DNA of 64,000 nucleotides from a virus (taxonomy: Duplodnaviria > Heunggongvirae > Uroviricota > Caudoviricetes), in IMG/VR virus record IMGVR_UViG_3300028577_000006; one strand, written 5' to 3'. Shown here in pieces: positions 56,279 to 63,087 of this stretch. The notes under the pieces are model-generated. The model did not search any database. It was given only the letters and a program-made list of their open reading frames with translations, and was not told the DNA's origin. A program made the position numbers and the translations under genes. The number at the start of each line of letters is the position of its first letter. Within the stretch, counting starts at the first letter, position 1.

Positions 56279-56424
56279 CGGATCCTCCAGACACGCGCCA
56301 TCATGCGCTTCGCGAAGCCGTGCATTCGTGCGCGGCAGAACTGGAGGACGACGCCGATGAACGGCAGCGCCATCACGACCGCCATGATTTCATCACCACA
56401 GATATGGGGCATCGCTCATTTCCT

Positions 56425-56649
56425 CTACACGCCTGTCCAAAGCGTGCTCTCGTTCCAGGCTGTCTTTTCTCGTCGAAGCTTCTTCATGAACTTCTCTTCG
56501 TCCTTCTGAAACTCTTTGAAGAGATCGATGTGCTCGCGGTCGCCGGCCCTGTAGGCCTCCTGCACGAGCTTCTGGTAGATCGACACGCGCGCTTCGGTGC
56601 GCGCGATCATCTTGCCCAGGACACGGCCCCAGTCGTCAGTCTCACTCAT
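56425..56649 (-). CDS. Hypothetical protein
   Basis: Coupled ORF. Confidence 0.5.
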   Translation of the reverse strand: MSETDDWGRVLGKMIARTEARVSIYQKLVQEAYRAGDREHIDLFKEFQKDEEKFMKKLRREKTAWNESTLWTGV

Positions 56650-56870
56650 GGCACAGGCTCGAAGCAGACTTCGAGATTGGGGCGAAGCCACTCGTCAGGC
56701 GGGCTGTTGATCTCTTCCCACGGGATGCACCAAGCCATGGGCCCGTGTCCGTTGAGCGAGGCTCGGTACTCTACGTGGCGAATGCTCACGCTGGCCGAAT
56801 CGAATGAAGTGACCTGGAATCGCTTCCGAGTCGCCTTCTCGATGAGCATCATGCCCACGCTGAGCTTCAT
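56646..56870 (-). CDS. Hypothetical protein
   Basis: Coupled ORF. Confidence 0.5.
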   Translation of the reverse strand: MKLSVGMMLIEKATRKRFQVTSFDSASVSIRHVEYRASLNGHGPMAWCIPWEEINSPPDEWLRPNLEVCFEPVP

Positions 56871-57169
56871 GCTCCCTCCAGGGCTTCCAGCGCGCGCTCC
56901 ATGTCGAAGCGCTTCTTGTGGGCCTCCATGGACGGATCGACCCAGGGCCAGATCCAGGCGAACGTCGGGAAGTCGCGGACGACTTCGATCAGACGGTTAC
57001 GCGCCTTGTCGTACGTGTCCGCTTCCGTCTGATAGTAGATGGTGAGGAAACGCCGGCCGCTGGCGGTCACGTTCCACGGCGGGGTGGAGTAGATCTCGAA
57101 GCCGCGAAAGCGCGGCACGCGATCGGCGCCCATCACGTGCACCATGCACAGGTAGCAGGTGTGCTTCAC
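56867..57169 (-). CDS. Hypothetical protein
   Basis: Coupled ORF. Confidence 0.5.
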   Translation of the reverse strand: MKHTCYLCMVHVMGADRVPRFRGFEIYSTPPWNVTASGRRFLTIYYQTEADTYDKARNRLIEVVRDFPTFAWIWPWVDPSMEAHKKRFDMERALEALEGA

Positions 57170-57390
57170 GACTCGCCGTCCGTCGGCGTGAAGCCATCAG
57201 GGATCTTCGCCATCTGGAACGCGAGGAATGCCGCGCTCGCCGCCTTCAGCGCATCCCGCTGCTCCACGCTGAGGTAGCGCCCGTGGCTGCTGTTGATCTC
57301 GGCGATCATGTTGCTCGCCCAGCGCGCCCCGTTGGCGGCTACGTGCTGCGCTTCGGCAACGCGCTCGGCAAGAACGAACTTGGCACCCAT
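57166..57390 (-). CDS. Hypothetical protein
   Basis: GAGGAG RBS after the hairpin leader. Confidence 0.55.
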   Translation of the reverse strand: MGAKFVLAERVAEAQHVAANGARWASNMIAEINSSHGRYLSVEQRDALKAASAAFLAFQMAKIPDGFTPTDGES

Positions 57391-57406
57391 CACTCACTCC
57401 TCACGT

Positions 57407-57461
57407 TCGGCATGTGCGCCGACTCGTCAGCGGATAGTAACCGGACACCGCACGCTGTCAA
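57407..57461 (-). promoter_or_regulatory. Promoter plus ACA-loop leader hairpin (copy 3)
   Basis: TTGACA-N16-TACTAT; TCGGC-GCACAT-GCCGA. Confidence 0.75.
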
Positions 57462-57543
57462 GTGTCGGGCGCAGCGTTTCGCAGCATGGTCAGACATCCT
57501 CGTCGCCACCTGGCAGCTGAACTCTTTCGTGGTAAAGGTGTCT

Positions 57544-57643
57544 GGGCCGCCCGATCGGCCCTGACGCGAGCGCCTTGGTGCTCGCGAAGGTCTGCGCCGG
57601 GAAACCGGAAATCCGGCCTAGAGCGCTGAGCAGTAGCGCCTAG
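57544..57643. ncRNA. Candidate structured RNA or DNA element (four back-to-back hairpins)
   Basis: Stems at 57544-57561, 57565-57586, 57596-57617 and 57618-57643 in a long intergenic gap. Confidence 0.3.
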
Positions 57644-58596
57644 GGCTTTACGAGGCTCGGGATGCTGTACTTCGTCGGCTTGGTCCAGCTGCGCTCGATG
57701 TGCGTCGGGCTGTTTCGGTCGTAGCGATCGGCCTTGTCGTAGGCCGCGTTGAAGCGCTTGGCGTCCCAGCCAAGACCTTTCTTGATCTCGGCGACGGTGA
57801 CCGGCTTGCCGATCGTCCGAAGCCACTCGACGAGTGCGAGGCCATCGTCGGCCTTCGCCTTCTGTGCCGCCGCGTAGGCCGCTTGCGAGTCGAGTGACTT
57901 CTTGCAGCGCGTGCATGTTGTCTTGGCCTCGTCGCCCGTCTTGTAGATGCCACGGCTTCGCGACCCGCAGTATGGAAGACGGGCGCCGCTTGCCTGGAAG
58001 TGGACCGTGGGAACGCGCTCCTCGTCACGAAGCTCGCCGAGAGTCCACGCCGCGATGCGCTTGTAGCAGTCCGCGCCCTCGTGGCGGATCGCCGAGAGTT
58101 CTCCCCTGATCAGGATGGTGCGATTTTCCATCGCCTGGTCGTACGACGGCGTGCGGGGAATCGTGACGCCGGTGGCATAGTCGTACGACGACTTCACTTC
58201 GCGCGCGCCCAGCTCCAGGCATGTCTCGTACGGATACTCGTCGTACTTGCGCGTCTCGCGGTCGTATCCGCCGCGGATCGTGGTCTTCTCGAAGAGGGCA
58301 GGACACGTCGCGTAGTACGCCAGCGTGGTTTCCCGCGACAGTGCTGCCGGGAACAGTCGGTCTGTGAGGTAGGCCTCGGTGCCTTCGACGCTGATCTCGA
58401 ACGGCAGCCAGCCGACGCCGAAGCAAGCGCCCGCGTGCCACGCCTTGTTGTAGACGCCGACCTGACGGCCGCCCTCTTCCTGCCAGCCATGACGACCCAT
58501 GCTGATCTGCATCGAAGGCTGCGCGAAGCCGTGCTCACGGCCCTGAACGACGGGCATGTCACGGAAGCAGGCGGGGCATGTGCCACGGAGGGTCAT
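57640..58596 (-). CDS. Zn-binding protein with C-terminal winged-helix-like segment
   Basis: GTCPAC...HG...C.G; C..C; LVEWLR..GKPVTVAEIKKGLG. Confidence 0.65.
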   Translation of the reverse strand: MTLRGTCPACFRDMPVVQGREHGFAQPSMQISMGRHGWQEEGGRQVGVYNKAWHAGACFGVGWLPFEISVEGTEAYLTDRLFPAALSRETTLAYYATCPALFEKTTIRGGYDRETRKYDEYPYETCLELGAREVKSSYDYATGVTIPRTPSYDQAMENRTILIRGELSAIRHEGADCYKRIAAWTLGELRDEERVPTVHFQASGARLPYCGSRSRGIYKTGDEAKTTCTRCKKSLDSQAAYAAAQKAKADDGLALVEWLRTIGKPVTVAEIKKGLGWDAKRFNAAYDKADRYDRNSPTHIERSWTKPTKYSIPSLVKP

Positions 58597-58612
58597 CGTC
58601 TTGTTCCTTTGC

Positions 58613-58668
58613 GCCGGCTTGTCTGCCAGCTGCGGAGAGCACTATAACAAGCAGCTTCAGAGTGTCAA
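58613..58668 (-). promoter_or_regulatory. Promoter plus ACA-loop leader hairpin (copy 4)
   Basis: TTGACA-N16-TATAGT; GCTGGC-AGACAA-GCCGGC. Confidence 0.78.
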
Positions 58669-58884
58669 CAGACCCTCTTCACGTTCCCACCATTCGAGGT
58701 ACTGGAGAGCTTCCCTGTCGATGACGCGCTCGGGGTACGACGGATCTTCGTACCAGGCCGTCTCAAGCTCGTGCTGGGCCGCCGCCTGCTCACGCTCGTA
58801 TCCCGGCACGACCGTCTCGCGCGGCTCCGGCGGCGCCTTGGGTTGGGCGCGCAGCTGCCGCTGAAGTCGCTTCGAGCGCGGCAT
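58657..58884 (-). CDS. Hypothetical protein
   Basis: Coupled ORF. Confidence 0.5.
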   Translation of the reverse strand: MPRSKRLQRQLRAQPKAPPEPRETVVPGYEREQAAAQHELETAWYEDPSYPERVIDREALQYLEWWEREEGLLTL

Positions 58885-59162
58885 CAGCCTTCGAGGATCT
58901 GGCGGACGTAGTCCTTCGCCGCCGCCAGCGCCGCACGCGCATCGATCCGAGCAGTGACGCGGAACTCACGCGCAAGCACGCGATCGTAGAAGTCGACGGT
59001 GTAGCCGCCGGTGATGTAGCTGCGGCTCATGCCCGACCATACCGTATCGTCGAAGCGCTCGATTTCTCCCACGCTTTCGCCGCCCTTCAGGGTTTCGATC
59101 GAGCCGCCGTTGCCGGGGCCATTCGAGTTCATCTTGCCGAAGGTGATCTTGCTCTTGCCCAT
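58884..59162 (-). CDS. Hypothetical protein
   Basis: First gene after a hairpin leader. Confidence 0.6.
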   Translation of the reverse strand: MGKSKITFGKMNSNGPGNGGSIETLKGGESVGEIERFDDTVWSGMSRSYITGGYTVDFYDRVLAREFRVTARIDARAALAAAKDYVRQILEG

Positions 59163-59179
59163 GACGTCGCTCTCTTCCG

Positions 59180-59234
59180 GACGGCTTGTTCGCCGCCTCG
59201 AACAATACTCTAACGACGGCCGGCATGCTGTCAA
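59180..59234 (-). promoter_or_regulatory. Promoter plus ACA-loop leader hairpin (copy 5)
   Basis: TTGACA-N16-TAGAGT; GGCGGC-GAACAA-GCCGTC. Confidence 0.78.
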
Positions 59235-59293
59235 CGGTGGCGCCTGAAGTTGCTTGGCACGAGACTTGTCCGACATGTTGCGCTTTGTCGTAG

Positions 59294-59348
59294 TTGACAG
59301 GTCACCGGTCGCAGTTAGAGTGTCGTGGCAGCCGGCGGACAAGCTGGC
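59294..59348 (+). promoter_or_regulatory. Promoter plus ACA-loop leader hairpin (copy 6), divergent from copy 5
   Basis: TTGACA-N16-TAGAGT; GCCGGC-GGACAA-GCTGGC; TGTCCGACA at 59267-59275 between the two promoters. Confidence 0.78.
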
Positions 59349-59365
59349 GCGAGGGACCGAGAGAC

Positions 59366-59641
59366 GTGATCGACGAGGAGAAGTTCAAGGCTGCGATGTG
59401 GGCCGGCGACGTGGACATGCTCCACGAGCTTGCGCCGTGCGGCTGCTGCTGCGGTGAGCACACGCACTTGTACTGTCAGGCGCGTGAGTGGGGCGGCTGT
59501 CGCAGCGGCCTCATGCCCGGCGAGAGCGCAGACGAGGATGCGTACGAATGGCAGCGGTGGTACGCGGAGATTCGCGGCATGACCGAGGCAGAGTTTTTCG
59601 GCATCTACGGAGCAGACGATGGCCAAGCAGAACGAGAGTGA
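59366..59641 (+). CDS. Cys-rich hypothetical protein
   Basis: CGCCCGEHT...C.AREWGGCR. Confidence 0.55.
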   Translation: MIDEEKFKAAMWAGDVDMLHELAPCGCCCGEHTHLYCQAREWGGCRSGLMPGESADEDAYEWQRWYAEIRGMTEAEFFGIYGADDGQAERE

Positions 59642-59828
59642 CGACGACCTGCGCTACCATCACCACGTGCGTGGCGACGGCTCGTGGTGGGAGAACGACG
59701 CGCAGGGCATTCCGCTCGCGCGCGTGTGCGATCGGTGCAGGAAGGTCAAGCTCAGCCGGTACCGTCCGGAGATCTTGACCGGCTACACCCAGGCCGACGT
59801 CAACGAACCGATCGAACCAGAGGAGTAG
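59619..59828 (+). CDS. Hypothetical phage-type protein
   Basis: WWENDAQGIPLARVCDRC...RYRPEIL. Confidence 0.6.
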   Translation: MAKQNESDDDLRYHHHVRGDGSWWENDAQGIPLARVCDRCRKVKLSRYRPEILTGYTQADVNEPIEPEE

Positions 59829-59833
59829 ATGCT

Positions 59834-59992
59834 ATGTCCTGGACGCTGATCTGGATCATCGCTGGCGCATTCGCGCTCGGCCTGCTGACGCTGCCGATCT
59901 TCATGTTCGGCCTACGCGGCACGTGGAGCTTCATCGCGCTCGTGGCGCTGGCCACGTTCAACAAAATGCGAGGCCGTCCCTGGGATAGTTGA
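59834..59992 (+). CDS. Small membrane protein
   Basis: GAGGAG RBS; hydrophobic. Confidence 0.5.
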   Translation: MSWTLIWIIAGAFALGLLTLPIFMFGLRGTWSFIALVALATFNKMRGRPWDS

Positions 59993-60043
59993 CACGTCGC
60001 TGACCGATGTTATTGTGTCTTGCGAGTCGCCCGACACGGCGGC
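59989..60043 (+). promoter_or_regulatory. Promoter plus ACA-loop leader hairpin (copy 7)
   Basis: TTGACA-N16-TATTGT; GTCGCC-CGACAC-GGCGGC. Confidence 0.72.
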
Positions 60044-60058
60044 CGGAAGGATTGCGAA

Positions 60059-60316
60059 ATGCGTTTCACGTGGAAGAAGCTGGAGCTGTTCGACGCTTTG
60101 TCTGAGGCGTGGCAGGGGACGTGCGCCGATGCGACGCAACGCATTCGCCTTACGAAGGGCGTCGACGGTTTGTGGCGCGGGCGCCTCGACTGCGGCGTCA
60201 CGCAGGCGTCTCATTCCGTTCCGCCGACGCCCGACTTCGCGGTGGCCAAGCGCCGTGCGGCAGCTATGGCGCGCGCTGCGCGCGAAGGCCGCCTGACCGT
60301 ACAGGCCGAGAGGTAG
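60059..60316 (+). CDS. Hypothetical protein
   Basis: GAAGGA RBS. Confidence 0.55.
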   Translation: MRFTWKKLELFDALSEAWQGTCADATQRIRLTKGVDGLWRGRLDCGVTQASHSVPPTPDFAVAKRRAAAMARAAREGRLTVQAER

Positions 60317-60318
60317 TC

Positions 60319-60630
60319 ATGGCGTTCATGATCCCCCAGTACACGAGCGAAGATTTCTTCTGCGGTCCGAGCGAGCCGGACATCGGCGTCACCATCTACA
60401 GTCCGGTGGAGGCGCACGGTACGGTCGAGCGCTTCGCGTCGGACTGCGGCGCCGACGCCGAGTTCGTCGATCGCATTACGGGGAAGTGGTGGTGTCGTCT
60501 GTCGGCGCCAGGTTACATGGACGCGACCGAGTGGAACGGCCCGTTCGACACCGAGGCCGAAGCGCGTGAGGAGATCGAGCGCGTGTACGAGGTCGACGCC
60601 GACACCGGACGATGGCTGGAGGGGGCATGA
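60319..60630 (+). CDS. Hypothetical phage-type protein
   Basis: WWCRLSAPGYMDATEW.GPF.TE.EA. Confidence 0.6.
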   Translation: MAFMIPQYTSEDFFCGPSEPDIGVTIYSPVEAHGTVERFASDCGADAEFVDRITGKWWCRLSAPGYMDATEWNGPFDTEAEAREEIERVYEVDADTGRWLEGA

Positions 60631-60962
60631 GCAAGCTCTGCGGCCGTCCGACGCCGAAGGGAGCATGCAAGGCGCCTCTCTCCTCTGGCTCCATCCGATG
60701 CCATCGGCACATGCCGAAGACGGAGGAGGAGAAAGCGGAGTACCGCGCCGAGATGCGCGCGCTTCGGCGCGACGACAGCGTCCGCGACGAGGCGCGCTTC
60801 ACGCGAATCGAGTTCTCCGCGGTCGCTCTACAGCACGGCCTTGCCGACGAGCGCACGCGGGTCGCCTTCGATAAGGCACGCGCCGCCGACGTTGCCTTGA
60901 AAGAGCAGATCGAGAGACACAAGGCCGAGCTTGTTGCTGCGGCGAAGGGAGAGATCCGGTGA
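60627..60962 (+). CDS. Hypothetical protein with N-terminal Zn knuckle
   Basis: CG.PT.KG.C......C.RH. Confidence 0.55.
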   Translation: MSKLCGRPTPKGACKAPLSSGSIRCHRHMPKTEEEKAEYRAEMRALRRDDSVRDEARFTRIEFSAVALQHGLADERTRVAFDKARAADVALKEQIERHKAELVAAAKGEIR

Positions 60963-61159
60963 GAGCATCGTCCATGCTGGCGTTCCTCCTGAGCATGGGG
61001 AGCCAGCACGAAGCGGAGCGTTTCCTCGACAAGAAGTTCGGCAACGTCGATCTCTCGACGACGCGGTACCAGCCGCCGTCGCAGGAATCGCAGGAGAAGA
61101 CGATCGCAGCTGCGGCGGCGAAACGCGCGCGCAAGGCAGCCAAGAGGCTGGCGCCATGA
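60959..61159 (+). CDS. Hypothetical protein
   Basis: Coupled ORF. Confidence 0.45.
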   Translation: MRASSMLAFLLSMGSQHEAERFLDKKFGNVDLSTTRYQPPSQESQEKTIAAAAAKRARKAAKRLAP

Positions 61160-61485
61160 AGCGTACTCGGCGTGGTGCTGCGAGCGAGTGGAGCGAGACG
61201 GCGCGCGGCGATGCCTCGCGCGACGCGAAGCAGAGGATCTTGGAAGCGTTCGACGAGCATGGCGAGTGTCCGATGCTCGGCGATCCGTTCCGCGGTGACT
61301 CCGAGATCAGCAAGCTCATGTTCAGTGACGACGGCAACTTGACGTCCGCCGGCAAGGCTGCGCTCGAAGCAATCGTCGCGCAGCGGCCCGTACGCCCAAT
61401 GTGCACCGCGGTCCGAATCCTCGTGGCCGAAGAGTTCGCAGGCAGTACCGGTGGCAACTACTCAACGATCTATCTGTGGAGGTGA
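61156..61485 (+). CDS. Hypothetical protein
   Basis: Coupled ORF. Confidence 0.5.
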   Translation: MKRTRRGAASEWSETARGDASRDAKQRILEAFDEHGECPMLGDPFRGDSEISKLMFSDDGNLTSAGKAALEAIVAQRPVRPMCTAVRILVAEEFAGSTGGNYSTIYLWR

Positions 61486-61488
61486 CCT

Positions 61489-61812
61489 GTGTTTGACGAT
61501 GACGACATGGACGATGACGAGATGTTCGAGGAAACGATGCTGACGCCGATCGAGCGTGCGATCGCAGAGGAGCGCGTGCTTCTGCGTACGATCCGATCGC
61601 AGCAGCTGGAGATCGCCGATCTTCGCAAGGAGCTTGCCGCGCTCAGTGCCCAGGCGATGAGCCATGCGCAGTCGTCTTCGGCATGGATGCTTCACGCGGC
61701 CCTGAACGGCGCGTTCACCGACAAGTCGGTCAAGGCGATGGGCGACATGCCCGCAGACACCGTCGGTGCCGCGCTCGTGGCCGCCGCTGCGAATCAGCCC
61801 AACAAGGAGTGA
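61489..61812 (+). CDS. Hypothetical protein
   Basis: GGAGG RBS; acidic N-terminus. Confidence 0.55.
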   Translation: MFDDDDMDDDEMFEETMLTPIERAIAEERVLLRTIRSQQLEIADLRKELAALSAQAMSHAQSSSAWMLHAALNGAFTDKSVKAMGDMPADTVGAALVAAAANQPNKE

Positions 61813-62978
61813 CAGTGACCGCCGCGTCCGACGACGTCCTGACAAAGATTCGGGATCTGCTCGCTCTCGCCGATGGCAACGCCAACGAGCACGAGGCCGC
61901 TGCCGCGATGGCCGCTGCCACCACGCTCATGGCTCGCCACAACATCGAGCGCGCCGAGGTCTTGGCGCACGAGCCTGCGTCCGACGAAGAAGTCGAAGTC
62001 GTCACCGAGACGCTCGACAACGACTTCAGTAGTCGGATGCCCAGGTGGCGCAGCTTGCTCGCGACCGGGATCGCTGCCGGGAATGGATGCTCAGCGTTCA
62101 CGAACGTCGGCCATGGCCGCGTGCTCACGCTCGAAATCATCGGGACTCGCCTGGCCGTCGGAGCTTCTCGGTACCTGTATCTGTATGCCGCTCGTCAGAT
62201 CGACCGCTTCACGGCAGAAGCACTCGAAGCCGCAGGCAAGCCAGGCAAGACCTGGGCAACGAACTTCCGCATCGCATGTGCGAGCCGCGTCGTCGTGCGG
62301 TACACAGAAGCCGTCGAGAGCAGCCGCATCGTCGCGCAGAGCACCGCATCGTCGTCAGCGCTCGTGCACGTGTCGACCGCCGACGCGCAGATCAAAGCTG
62401 GTGTCGAAGATGAGGAGACCCGGCTCAGGCTGAAGACTGCCCGTCACGCGCCACTCCGTCCGGACCTCGAAGCCCTGGAGGCGGGGCGTGCTGCCGGCGA
62501 CATGGTCGACATCGGGCCGGCGTCAGCGTCGCTCGGGTCCGGCACAACCGGAGACCTGTCAGAAGCGGTCGAAGCGGTCGCCGAGGCTGCCGTTCGAACT
62601 CTTACTGAAGAGCAGCTGCGCACGCTGACGTTCATGCTGGTGCGCGGCACGATGCCGAACTCCCAGTGGGACCACTTCTGGGAGCGCACGTTTCCGCGAA
62701 CGAAGCAGGGCAAGCTCGATGGCAACGCGAAGAACGGGCGCGTGCGCACGATGCAGGCGCTGGTCCGCGCCGGCCTGCTGAGGCGCGAGGAGTGGTTCGA
62801 GATCACCGATCTCGGTCGCGCGCGCCTGCGTGAGTATGCGCGTGATGGCCGCTGGAAGGCATGCGTGCGCGTTGCGTGGGCGAACTCGCCGATCAACGAC
62901 GGCGTGTGGGCACTCAAGATGCTGCTGCCAAGTGAGATGCTGACGCGCGCCAAGCTCGGCGCGCTGCTGGATATGTGA
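61809..62978 (+). CDS. DUF2786-domain protein with C-terminal winged-helix-like extension
   Basis: VLTKIRDLLALA...NEHEAAAAMAAA..LMARHNI; LVRAGLL...ITDLGRARL. Confidence 0.75.
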   Translation: MTVTAASDDVLTKIRDLLALADGNANEHEAAAAMAAATTLMARHNIERAEVLAHEPASDEEVEVVTETLDNDFSSRMPRWRSLLATGIAAGNGCSAFTNVGHGRVLTLEIIGTRLAVGASRYLYLYAARQIDRFTAEALEAAGKPGKTWATNFRIACASRVVVRYTEAVESSRIVAQSTASSSALVHVSTADAQIKAGVEDEETRLRLKTARHAPLRPDLEALEAGRAAGDMVDIGPASASLGSGTTGDLSEAVEAVAEAAVRTLTEEQLRTLTFMLVRGTMPNSQWDHFWERTFPRTKQGKLDGNAKNGRVRTMQALVRAGLLRREEWFEITDLGRARLREYARDGRWKACVRVAWANSPINDGVWALKMLLPSEMLTRAKLGALLDM

Positions 62979-63015
62979 CGCGTCAGACGGTGCTGCGTTT
63001 TGTTGTGCGCGACAC

Positions 63016-63069
63016 TTGACGGCGGTGAGATAGGTTGCTAGTTGTCGGACAGTCGGCGAACAAGCCGAT
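63016..63069 (+). promoter_or_regulatory. Promoter (weaker -10) plus TGTCGGACA box plus ACA-loop leader hairpin (copy 8)
   Basis: TTGACG; box at 63043-63051; GTCGGC-GAACAA-GCCGAT. Confidence 0.68.
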
Positions 63070-63087
63070 CGCTGGAAGGATGAAGAA

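Noticed and set aside
57535-57595. Hammerhead ribozyme (GTC, stem, CTGACG, stem, GAA layout)
   Set aside because: The core reads CTGACGC and GAAG instead of CUGANGA and GAAA, and no stem III can form. Kept only as a generic structured element.
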